Shown here piece after piece: positions 50,364-61,878 of a stretch of 64,000 nt of DNA. Origin of the DNA: an uncultured delta proteobacterium (GTDB lineage: Bacteria; Desulfobacterota; Binatia; UBA9968); contig CAVYTU010000015.1 of NCBI GenBank assembly GCA_963771465.1, forward strand, positions 384,001 through 448,000, in the 5' to 3' direction. Numbering within the stretch: the stretch's first letter is position 1; each line of letters begins with the position of its first letter. The translations under genes were made by a program, and so were the position numbers. The notes under the pieces were generated by a model that saw only the letters and a list, made by a program, of their open reading frames with translations, was not told the DNA's origin and made no database searches.

Positions 50364-50386
50364 CTATTTTGATCGATAGGTGAGCG

Positions 50387-50512
50387 ATGAATACCCTTGT
50401 CAACATCCAAGCGAATCTCAATCTCGATGCCGACGGCAAGATCGTCGCGCGCGAGGTGGGCGTAATTGCCACCGTGAAAGTCAAAGCGCCGGCAAGCGAA
50501 GCAAAGCCGTGA
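50387..50512 (+). CDS. Possible 41-aa ORF or gene remnant
   Basis: AGGTGA RBS; MNTLVNIQANLNLDADGKIVAREVGVIATVKVKAPASEAKP*. Confidence 0.3.
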   Translation: MNTLVNIQANLNLDADGKIVAREVGVIATVKVKAPASEAKP

Positions 50513-50743
50513 TCGCGCCAACAATGCTCCGATGAAATCGGATCACGCCATTCTACGCGTCTCTTATCCTCGAAATTAAATGGGCCTTGTGGCCACGCTG
50601 AGCATCGCCGGCGTCGTCTTCTGGTGGAAAAACACGGACGATGAGAACGAGAGGAAGCGCGCTGCGTGAGGATTGTGGCGTGAGCCACGAGGATTGAGGA
50701 TTAAGACGCGAGGAAGGAATTCTGACGCTTCGTCTTCCTCATT

Positions 50744-50890
50744 CGTCATGGCCGGACTTGATCCGGCCATCCATCCTCGGAATAAATCCGAGGACAGACT
50801 CTTGTGCTATCAGTTATGCGCGGAATCGTTCCGCTTATCCACGCTATTCATAACCCGTGGATGCCCAGATCCCGGGATCAAATCCTGGGA
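50744..50890. repeat. REP-like palindromic element between convergent operons
   Basis: CGTCATGGCCGGACTTGATCCGGCCATCCA hairpin, with a degenerate partner GTGGATGCCC...GGGATCAAATCC about 85 bp away. Confidence 0.6.
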
Positions 50891-50930
50891 AGCGCGGGAA
50901 TGGTGGAAGAGAAAGTAAGAATTAGCGTAG

Positions 50931-51408
50931 CTAACTTTTCTTAAAAATCTGCTGCGCCAGGTAGTTCTCGTAGCCGACTTCTTTAATCTGGTGTTCTGGG
51001 TTTCAATCCAGTCGATGTGGCGCTCTTCGTCGACCACAATGTGTTCGAGCAGCTCCCGGGTCGCGTCGTCGTGAGCGTCGAGGCAGGCTTTTATTCCCGG
51101 CTTGAGAACCGTCAAAGCCGCTTGTTCAAGTCCCAGATCGTTATCCAATTGCTGCTTGACGGTCGACCCGACGGAGATTTTGTCGTAAGCTGAGAGATTG
51201 GGCACGCCCTCTAGAAAAAGAATCCGTTCAATGAGTTGATCAGCATGTTTCATTTCGTCAATCGATTCATTCCAGGCGTGCTCCGCGAGCACAGTGTAGC
51301 CCCAGTTTTTGCACATCTTGGAGTGAATGAAGTATTGATTGATGCCGGTGAGCTCTTTGCGCAGCACTTCGTTCAAGACTTTGATAATTTCAGGTGCTTA
51401 CCCTTCAT
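50931..51408 (-). CDS. bfr: Bacterioferritin, two frameshifts
   Basis: ELTGINQYFIH, ESIDEMKHAD.LIERILFLEG and DEERHIDW; start MKGK at 51408; end ENYLAQQIFKKS*. Confidence 0.9.
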
Positions 51409-51482
51409 GATAATACTCCTTAACGAGCTTTTTGCGCGTGGTCAACTTTACTCGGTGAGCATACGACCGTTAGATCGACTGG

Positions 51483-52255
51483 TCAAATACGAAAAAGATC
51501 TTTGACGTTCTCTGAGGTCACTCGCGCCACCTCCTCCAATTCAAGGCCTTTCACTTTAGCGATGGTCTCGGCAACGAAGCGCACGTAGGCGGGCTCGTTG
51601 CGTTTGCCGCGATGGGGAACTGGCGTAAGATAAGGCGAGTCAGTTTCAACGAAGATTCTTTCCAGCGGCACTTTGCGCACAACCTCGCGCAAGGGTTCGG
51701 CATTTTTGAAAGTAATGATGCCGGTGAAAGAAAGATAAAATCCCAGGTCAAGATAAGCCGACGCCGCTTCGTAGTTGCCGGTGAAGCAATGAATGACACC
51801 GCGCAGTTTCCCCGCTCCTTCGCTGCGTAGCAAGTCCTCGGCTTGCTTGGCCGCGTCGCGCTCGTGGACGACGATCGGCAACTCCGTTTCGCGCGCCATG
51901 TGGATGAATTGAGCGAAAACCCGCCGCTGCACTTCATGCGGCGAGTGATTGTAATAATAGTCCAGGCCGGTCTCGCCGACCGCAACAACTTTCGGGCTCG
52001 AAGCCAATTCCCTGAGCGACTTCAGTTCGTCCACGCCGACATCTTTGGCGTCATGGGGATGCATGCCGACGGTGGCATATACATTTTCGAACTGAGCCGC
52101 CAAAGCCACCGCTTCGGTTGTTGCTCGACATATCGCCGGCGCCGCCGACGGCGATGATCGTCTCGACGCCGGCTTCGCGCTGCGCGCGCAATCACGGCCT
52201 CGGTTTCACCGGCGTATTCTTTGCCCTGGATATGAGCGTGGCTGTCGATCAGCAT
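51483..52255 (-). CDS. tatD: TatD-family hydrolase, frameshifted
   Basis: MLIDSHAH, GMHPH, VGETGLDY, HCF and ETDSPYL.P.P.RGKRNEP motifs. Confidence 0.9.
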
Positions 52256-52299
52256 GCTAACTGGAGTAGCTGGTTCTTGGGTCGGTCTCAGTGCGTCAC

Positions 52300-54852
<2,553 letters not shown>

Positions 54853-54853
<1 letters not shown>

Positions 54854-55488
54854 TAAAAGACTTCCTCGTCGACGATTTTTTGAATATCACGGGTTACTGG
54901 TTCAACCGCTTGCGCGCCGTCAATGACTCGGAAGCGCGCCGGCTCGGCGCGCGCCATGGTGAGAAAGCCGGCGCGTATTTTTTCGTGAAACTCGATTTTC
55001 TCACGCTCAAAGCGGTCTTGGCGCGGCTGTCCGGCCACGCTTCCCCGCTGATTCGTACGCGCCAGCCCGAGCGCCACCGGACAATCCAGTAAGAACGTCA
55101 AATCAGGTCTTACACCATCATCCGCGATCTCGTTAAACTGGCGCAAGATTTTGACATCGAAGCCGCGGCCATATCCCTGATAAGCCACCGTCGAATCGGT
55201 AAAGCGATCGCAGAGAACGATCTTGCCAGCGTCAACCGCGGGTTTAATGACTTCGCGCACGTGCTGCGCCCGGTCAGCCAGATAAAGAAACAGTTCGGTA
55301 GACGGCGCGATCTCATGGTCGCCGACTTCCAAGAGCACTTGGCGAATCAGTTTGCCCAGCGACGTTCCGCCCGGCTCGCAGGTGACCACGCACGAGCGCC
55401 CGCGGCGGATCAGGTAATTTTCCAGGGCGCGAATCTGCGTGCTCTTGCCGGTGCCGTCGCCGCCTTCAAAGCTAACGAACCGAATCAT
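54853..55488 (-). CDS. tmk: Thymidylate kinase
   Basis: FEGGDGTGKSTQ, EPGGT and CDRFTDSTVAYQG motifs. Confidence 0.95.
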
Positions 55489-55588
55489 TATAAATGAGAA
55501 TGAAGAAAACCGAGGGAAGATGCAAATCGCGAAAACCAACCGGCGGCGAACTCAGGCAAGCTACGGAGAAGAACCTGTGGCGACCCGA

Positions 55589-55972
55589 TTAGGCTTTGGC
55601 CTCGCCGAGTAGCAAATTGATACCGTTAACCAGCTGGGTGCTGGTAAAAGGTTTGGTGATGTAATAGTCGGCGCCTAGCTTATAGCCGCCTAACACATCT
55701 TCGTACTGTACCTTCGCGGTGAGCAGGATCACGGGAATGGTCGCGGTTTCGGTTTTACCTTTGAGCCGGGTGAGCACTTCGAGACCGTCCATCTCAGGCA
55801 TCATAATGTCCAAGATGATCAAGTCGGATTTATGGTCGGGCAGCATGTTGAGGAGCTCGGGACCACTTGAAGCGCTGAAGACCGTGTAACCGCGCCCTTC
55901 CAAAATGGTTTTGACGATGGTGATGATGTCCGGGTTATCGTCAACGACCATTATGGTTTTCTTTGTATCCAT
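55589..55972 (-). CDS. Single-domain response regulator
   Basis: VVDD, ILDIMMP, LTA and KPF motifs. Confidence 0.92.
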   Translation of the reverse strand: MDTKKTIMVVDDNPDIITIVKTILEGRGYTVFSASSGPELLNMLPDHKSDLIILDIMMPEMDGLEVLTRLKGKTETATIPVILLTAKVQYEDVLGGYKLGADYYITKPFTSTQLVNGINLLLGEAKA

Positions 55973-56129
55973 GCTCACTCCCTCTCGCGCCACGATCACC
56001 TGGTCACAACCTGTCTAATCTCTCAAGTCCTAATAGCCAAAACTTAATCGATTTCGCTCATCTCAACGGCAGTTGCCAAATTTACCATCTTAGTCGCGCA
56101 ATGTAAATTACGGATTTCGCTGAAAATAC

Positions 56130-57305
56130 TCAAGGAGTGACGCTTCGCCAGTAATTCTGGGTAATTAGCGCGGGCAACGCGTCGTAAGTTTGATTGAGAA
56201 TGGACGTTGGGATTAGCGTCGCGGCTTGAGATAGAGATTGTCGGCTAAAAAGTAACTGGAAGGTGCCTTGAATATCCAAAATCGCCTTATTAATGCCTGG
56301 AGTGCCGCTTTCGTTCAGAATCACACCGCCAAGGATCTCTTTGGAACTCGAACCCGTCACCTTGAGACTGATCTCGTTGCCGGTAACAATTACCATCCCC
56401 TCCCAGCGTAAACTGCCAGTCAGAATTAAGTCAGCATTTTTAACGATGAGAATGCCCGCTCCGCTCATGGTTCCCGCCAGCGTTACGCTATCGCCAGTCG
56501 ATGCCAATCCATCGATACAGCGAAGCTGCGGCAGGCTTGCGCTCCCCCAGGTTTGATTTTCATAAATTAACGATCCGGTCAGCGGCACTGCGCTTTGAAT
56601 TGCCGAAGCCTGGCTACAAAGATCGTTGGCGAGCTGGGCCACAACACTCGCTGGCAGATGTTCGCTCTGAGTGATCGCCGGTTCACTGCTTGCGCTATCA
56701 ATAGACTGAGGCGATATCGTGACCGCTGCTTGATTGACTAAATCAATCATCGATTGACCCACAGCCGAAATCCCCGCCCGTGGGCTTGCACCAGCCACGC
56801 CCAGCCCGGTTGACGGATCACGGTCGACGCCTGAGATGAAAATCCCACTACCACTGAGATTCACTCCAGCGGGATTGCCACGCAGAGCGATAGCGCTATC
56901 GGCAAGATCGTAGCTTTTAGTTAGCTGCGCCTGGAGAGTGTGCGAAGATGATCCGAGTGTGCCGACGGAACGAACCACAATTTGCGCTTTCAGCGGGCTT
57001 GTGACCACCGAAGGCAAAAACGAAACCGCGAAGTCTCCTGCGGCAAAACTTTCCGTCCGGTTGGCCGGCGCCGGAGGAAATGCCACAGTGCGGGCAATTT
57101 CATGCTTGCTCCATTCCAAGCCGGCCGCCGCGATATAAAAAGTTTCAGTGCCGCTGCGCAGGTTGGTCAAAATGCGATAGTCGTTGCGCACCATGACCCG
57201 GCTGGCGATACCCACCGTTAGCAGAATCGAAAGGATCGCCAGGGAGGTGAAAAGGATTATGCCCTGCTCACCAAGCCGACGGTTAAAGCCAGGATGCATC
57301 GCCAC
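56130..57305 (-). CDS. PilX-like minor pilin/assembly protein
   Basis: EQG-IILFTSL prepilin start, TFYIAAAGLE and G.GILIV..DL motifs. Confidence 0.75.
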   Translation of the reverse strand: MAMHPGFNRRLGEQGIILFTSLAILSILLTVGIASRVMVRNDYRILTNLRSGTETFYIAAAGLEWSKHEIARTVAFPPAPANRTESFAAGDFAVSFLPSVVTSPLKAQIVVRSVGTLGSSSHTLQAQLTKSYDLADSAIALRGNPAGVNLSGSGIFISGVDRDPSTGLGVAGASPRAGISAVGQSMIDLVNQAAVTISPQSIDSASSEPAITQSEHLPASVVAQLANDLCSQASAIQSAVPLTGSLIYENQTWGSASLPQLRCIDGLASTGDSVTLAGTMSGAGILIVKNADLILTGSLRWEGMVIVTGNEISLKVTGSSSKEILGGVILNESGTPGINKAILDIQGTFQLLFSRQSLSQAATLIPTSILNQTYDALPALITQNYWRSVTP

Positions 57306-57310
57306 GCTCG

Positions 57311-57964
57311 CTAGTTACGAAACTCTACGCTACTCGACAACATCGAGGTCAAGTTGCCGCCGAATCGTGGGTCAGGATTTTTGACTTGAACGGCGAAGGC
57401 GATCCGAACAAGCTTAATCGCCGCAGCTGGCGGCGCGTTGCCGAGGTCGTTACCGTCAGCATCGTAGTAACTGAACAGCTTCCCCGCGCTCGATGGTACC
57501 ACGTTCGCCACCAAGCAATCGCCATTGCGCCGAATGATCTGTGCGCCGGGGCAAGTCGACGTCGGACCGGTAAGCTCGTAGCGAATACTCTCGCGCGGTT
57601 CGAGGTCGGCGCAATTGCCATTGCCGTTGAGATCCATTTGCACGTGAATCAAGCCGGCCCCAGCCGCGTAAACCCGATTGCAGACGCTATCGGCGTCTTG
57701 ATCCGGATCGTCGACGCCGCCGGCTTCGACTGGCGCGCTGCCGCCTTCCCACGAACCGGCGTTTTTGAGTTCGCGCAGCATGATGTCCAACGCGCCGCGA
57801 GCATCCTCCAAAGTCCCGGTCTTGGTTTCAACAGCCATGAGTTGATAGAGATTGCTACGAAAATAGCCGTACAAAGATGTAATCATCACCGAGCCGAGCA
57901 ACAACGCGACCAGCTGTTCGATGAGCGTCACGCCGGCGTTCGCGCGAAATCGTCGGCTCATCAT
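57311..57964 (-). CDS. PilW-like minor pilin
   Basis: NAG-VTLIEQLV prepilin start; AR.ALD.M.RELKNAG; ends VEFRN. Confidence 0.78.
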   Translation of the reverse strand: MMSRRFRANAGVTLIEQLVALLLGSVMITSLYGYFRSNLYQLMAVETKTGTLEDARGALDIMLRELKNAGSWEGGSAPVEAGGVDDPDQDADSVCNRVYAAGAGLIHVQMDLNGNGNCADLEPRESIRYELTGPTSTCPGAQIIRRNGDCLVANVVPSSAGKLFSYYDADGNDLGNAPPAAAIKLVRIAFAVQVKNPDPRFGGNLTSMLSSSVEFRN

Positions 57965-58374
57965 TACTCGCCGCTATACCTTAACGATGATAGCGTCACT
58001 TGATGAGCGCTGTGATCGCGCCACGATACCGTAACATCGAGCTGTTTGAGGTCACCTCCGAGTGCCGATGGCATCACTCGCCAGCAGCGATCGAAAATTC
58101 CCGGAGCTTTGCCCGTCGGCGAGATACCGTGGTCGCCGCCGCTCGGGCAAAGATCGCCATCCGGTAAATTTTTACGCGCCAGTAATTCTTCAATCTTGTC
58201 CTGAGCTAAGTGGATGGCGACCGTCGAGTGGTCGCCGACGGTTTGGCGTCGTAGCACGTCGAAGCTGCTGAGCGAGTATCCAAACACCGCGACGACGACG
58301 ATATTCATCGCCACTAAAAGTTCGTTGAACGTAAAGCCGGCTTGTCCTCCGCAGAATCTTCTTTGCAATGTCAT
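57964..58374 (-). CDS. PilV-like minor pilin
   Basis: QAG-FTFNELLV prepilin start; A..LAQDKIEEL and V.VSW motifs. Confidence 0.78.
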   Translation of the reverse strand: MTLQRRFCGGQAGFTFNELLVAMNIVVVAVFGYSLSSFDVLRRQTVGDHSTVAIHLAQDKIEELLARKNLPDGDLCPSGGDHGISPTGKAPGIFDRCWRVMPSALGGDLKQLDVTVSWRDHSAHQVTLSSLRYSGE

Positions 58375-58376
58375 GG

Positions 58377-58865
58377 CTAACAATCCAGTGCGCAGTTGTT
58401 AGGCGTGCAAACCCGCACCCGGCCAGTGGCGCTGACAACGATCTGCCGGCACTTGCCATCGGCGCTACCTAGCCGCACCCGATTGGCGCTCGCCGTACCG
58501 CGCGGTGAGAACGAAATCGTTCCCGCTTTTGCAATCGTGGTTCCGTCGGCTAATGGCTTGCTCACCAGCGTCTTGCCATCGCGTTGAATCGTATAGGCAT
58601 TGGCGCTCTGCAAATAGGCGAATTGATAACCGATGTTTTCGGCGGCCGCACGCATCTTGATCTCGTGCAGTTCAGACTGCACCTGGCGGGTCGAATTGTT
58701 TAGCGAGTAATACGAAAACCAGCCGCGCCAGTTGGGTAGAGCCATGGCGACCACCATCCCCATGATGGCCACGCCGGTAAGCAGTTCGATGGCCGAAAAC
58801 CCATCTTTTGTGTGCGCACTCCACAAGGGCCCCTCCGAGAGAAGGGGCGAACATACTGCCGCCAA
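58377..58865 (-). CDS. FimT/GspH-like minor pilin
   Basis: KDG-FSAIELL prepilin start; ISFSPRG and I.VS.TGRVR motifs; start uncertain. Confidence 0.78.
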   Translation of the reverse strand: MAAVCSPLLSEGPLWSAHTKDGFSAIELLTGVAIMGMVVAMALPNWRGWFSYYSLNNSTRQVQSELHEIKMRAAAENIGYQFAYLQSANAYTIQRDGKTLVSKPLADGTTIAKAGTISFSPRGTASANRVRLGSADGKCRQIVVSATGRVRVCTPNNCALDC

Positions 58866-58937
58866 GAACCACGTGTCAAGGGCAATGAGAAAAAGTCAGT
58901 GCAGCAGAAATGGCAACAGATTTTTACGGCAATCCTC

Positions 58938-58977
58938 AAAAAAAATGCCCCGCACGGTGCGAGACCGTGCAGGGCGT
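58938..58977 (-). terminator. Intrinsic terminator of the cupin gene
   Basis: A-tract then TGCCCCGCACGGT-GCGAG-ACCGTGCAGGGCG hairpin. Confidence 0.75.
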
Positions 58978-59001
58978 TGAAGAAATAAACTTTGATTAGG
59001 C

Positions 59002-60096
59002 TTAGGCTGGCCGCTTGTAAAAATCCGGATTCATCTTAGTCGTCGTGCCGGACTTGGCCAGCTCTTCTTCGAACATCTTGCGGATATTTGGATTCTCGTC
59101 GAAATACTCGATCTGATTGCCGCCCGCCTTTACGTCCTTGTCGACCTTGGTGATATCGCCAAAGCCCTCGCCCAAACTGTACTTGATGCCGCCCAGTCTT
59201 GGCGGCAGATAGCGCGCCCCAGTAGCGCCAGTATTAAAGTGCTGGTGCCACATCATTGCCGGCGGAGTAAAAACGCTACCGTCCTGCCAATCATAACGTT
59301 TGGGCTCTTCGCCCTGGCGCCAAAACATCGAAAAGCCTTTGCCTTTGATGATGATGACGTTGAAACCGGGTCCGTGGCGGTGCGCTTTCTTGTAAGTGCC
59401 GACGGGAAATTCCGAGATATGCGCCGCCATCGAGCCGTTGGCCATCTCCAACATGACGTTTTTTCCCCCGCCACCACGCTCAACCCAATCTTCGAGCGCA
59501 AAACTGCGCGCGTCGGCGATGAAATTGGTATCCCAAACCCGGCCCGGATAGGCTTTGCCCTTGCCGCTAAAATATTCCGGATCGCCGTCGAAGCGGTCGG
59601 AGAAATCGCGCGGCGTGTGGAAAACAAAATCCTCGTTGTGAAACAAGTTGAAGACAATCGGCGCGCTGTTGACGGAGAAAAATCGTGCCGGCTCGTCGCC
59701 GGAACCGTTAAAGTGCTGATAGGTACAATTAAGCGGCAAAGCGAAGAGACTGCCGTCATGCCATTCAAACGTTTGCTTGGCACCCTTATCGTTCCAAATC
59801 GTCGTTGCGCCGCGTCCTTTGAGCACGAAGTGCAAATCCTCATAGAGATGCTTCATCGGATTGAGCTGCTTACCAGCAGGAATCTCGCTGACGTAAGCGC
59901 CCGTGGCGCCTTCCGCGCCTTCCATATTGATAAACGCGCCGCTACCACCGATGCGCGCCCAAGGTTTGAGTTCGACCTTTTTTAAGTCCTGGACGAAAAA
60001 GGTTTTCAGGATGGGAATCCCTTCACCCAGCTGCCACTTGTCATAGTAGGGGATATTATCCATCACCTCATCTAACTGCGTTGCCGGTTTAGACAT
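59002..60096 (-). CDS. Bicupin protein of unknown function
   Basis: HLYED..FV..G.G, HFN, YKKAHRHGPG and WHQHFN motifs. Confidence 0.8.
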   Translation of the reverse strand: MSKPATQLDEVMDNIPYYDKWQLGEGIPILKTFFVQDLKKVELKPWARIGGSGAFINMEGAEGATGAYVSEIPAGKQLNPMKHLYEDLHFVLKGRGATTIWNDKGAKQTFEWHDGSLFALPLNCTYQHFNGSGDEPARFFSVNSAPIVFNLFHNEDFVFHTPRDFSDRFDGDPEYFSGKGKAYPGRVWDTNFIADARSFALEDWVERGGGGKNVMLEMANGSMAAHISEFPVGTYKKAHRHGPGFNVIIIKGKGFSMFWRQGEEPKRYDWQDGSVFTPPAMMWHQHFNTGATGARYLPPRLGGIKYSLGEGFGDITKVDKDVKAGGNQIEYFDENPNIRKMFEEELAKSGTTTKMNPDFYKRPA

Positions 60097-60295
60097 AATT
60101 TTCCTCCGAAATATCTATCACGTACTTATCGTATACCTTGGGTAAACGCAAGATTACGACCGCCGGCTCGATCGCATTCGAAGCCCCGAGAGGGTCGTCA
60201 AAAATTCTGACAGGGATCGCATAGTGCATTGACTTTGAAGGGGAAACTCTTCTAAATGGCGGCTAAGTAACATTCTGGCCGAAGGAGTAACCGTC

Positions 60296-60511
60296 TTGGC
60301 GACAACCGTTGAAGCCCCCATGGTAGGCAAGATTTTGAAAATTGAAAAAAACGTTGGCGATCACGTGGACGAGGACGACGTCGTGATCGTCATGGAAGCG
60401 ATGAAGATGGAGATCCCGATCGTTGCACCGGCAAGTGGCACTGTCAAAGAAATCAAAGTGTCTGCCGGTCAAGCCGTGGAAGCCGAACAAGCGCTCGCGA
60501 TTATCGAATAG
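60296..60511 (+). CDS. Stand-alone biotin carboxyl carrier protein
   Basis: APMVG and EAMKM biotinylation motif; AAGGAG RBS with TTG start. Confidence 0.9.
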   Translation: MATTVEAPMVGKILKIEKNVGDHVDEDDVVIVMEAMKMEIPIVAPASGTVKEIKVSAGQAVEAEQALAIIE

Positions 60512-60560
60512 GCCCGCAAGCCGTCTCACCCGTTCGCTGCTACATACTCGAGGAAAACCG

Positions 60561-60707
60561 ATGGACACATGGACGTTCGGCTGGACGCTGGCGTTGATCG
60601 GCATGGGCGGAACCATGCTGGTCCTTTGGCTGCTGAGCCTGCTCATTTTATTAATTAAGAAAATCTTCCCGCACCAGCCCGAACCCGCGGCAGCTAAGAA
60701 AGGCTAG
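60561..60707 (+). CDS. OadG/MmdD-like anchor subunit of a Na+-translocating decarboxylase
   Basis: Single TM helix with IGMG.T..VL.LL; GAGG RBS; position in the operon. Confidence 0.75.
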   Translation: MDTWTFGWTLALIGMGGTMLVLWLLSLLILLIKKIFPHQPEPAAAKKG

Positions 60708-60716
60708 CGTCACCGC

Positions 60717-61865
60717 ATGGAGTCTGCTCTCGTTAATGGCATCCAGGGTCTGTTTCTCGGCGTCATGAACATCGGCATCGGCCAAGTGATCATGATCGCA
60801 GCCGCTTGTGTGCTGCTTTATCTCGGCATTAAGAAAGGCTACGAACCGCTCCTTTTGGTGCCCATCGGATTCGGCGCGATCTTGGTCAATATCCCAGAGG
60901 CGAACATGATGGCCGAAGGAGGCTTTCTGCGCTTCTTTTACGACGCCGGCGTGCGCACTGAAATATTTCCACTGTTGATCTTCATCGGCATAGGCGCCAT
61001 GACCGACTTTCAACCGCTCTTGCAGAACCCGAAAATAATTCTGCTCGGCGCGGCCGGGCAGTTCGGCATCTTTATTACTCTGCTGCTCGCCTTGGCTCTG
61101 GGCTTCGACAAACTCGACGCCGTCGCAGTCGCGGTGATCGGCGCATGCGATGGGCCGACGGCGATCTATGTCAGTTCGAAATTTGCTCCCCACATGCTCG
61201 GCGCCGTCTCGGTTGCCGCCTACTCTTACATGTCCTTGGTGCCGCTGATTCAACCGCCGATCATGCGCGTCCTGACCACCGAGAAGGAACGACAAATCGT
61301 CATGGGCGCGGCGAAACTGGATCCGATCTCGAAAACCACCAGAATTGTCTTCCCCATCGCGGTGACGATCTTCGCGTCGATCCTCGCGCCCAAAGGCGCG
61401 CCCTTGATCGGCACGGTCATGCTCGGCAACTTGCTGCGCGAATGCGGCGTGGTGGAACGCTTAAAGAGCGCTTCGGAAAATGAGATCGCCAATATCGTCA
61501 CCTTGCTGCTCGGTTTGTGCATCGGCGCGACCATGGAAGCGGATAAATTTCTCAAAGCGCAGACCCTGCTGGTTCTACTGCTCGGCTTCATCGCCATCAG
61601 CCTCGACACCGCGGTCGGAATTCTGTTCGGCAAAGCCATGTGTGCCCTCACCGGCGGTAAAATCAATCCGTTGATCGGCGCCGCCGGCATTTCAGCGTTT
61701 CCCATGTCGGCCCGCGTGGTCCAAGCCGAGGGGCAAAAATACAACAAAAAAAGTTATCTGCTCATGCACGCCATGAGCGCCAACGCCGGTGGTCAGATCG
61801 GCTCGGTCATCGCCGCCGCCGTGATGCTCTCAGTGTTGCAAGGCATGGGTATCGTCGGCGGATAA
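60717..61865 (+). CDS. Na+-translocating decarboxylase beta subunit (OadB/MmdB/GcdB family)
   Basis: EPLLLVPIGFG, IGACDGPTAI, AAYSYMSLVP, NPLIGAAG.SA.PM.AR and GQIGS motifs. Confidence 0.93.
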   Translation: MESALVNGIQGLFLGVMNIGIGQVIMIAAACVLLYLGIKKGYEPLLLVPIGFGAILVNIPEANMMAEGGFLRFFYDAGVRTEIFPLLIFIGIGAMTDFQPLLQNPKIILLGAAGQFGIFITLLLALALGFDKLDAVAVAVIGACDGPTAIYVSSKFAPHMLGAVSVAAYSYMSLVPLIQPPIMRVLTTEKERQIVMGAAKLDPISKTTRIVFPIAVTIFASILAPKGAPLIGTVMLGNLLRECGVVERLKSASENEIANIVTLLLGLCIGATMEADKFLKAQTLLVLLLGFIAISLDTAVGILFGKAMCALTGGKINPLIGAAGISAFPMSARVVQAEGQKYNKKSYLLMHAMSANAGGQIGSVIAAAVMLSVLQGMGIVGG

Positions 61866-61878
61866 GGCAGGTGCGACC

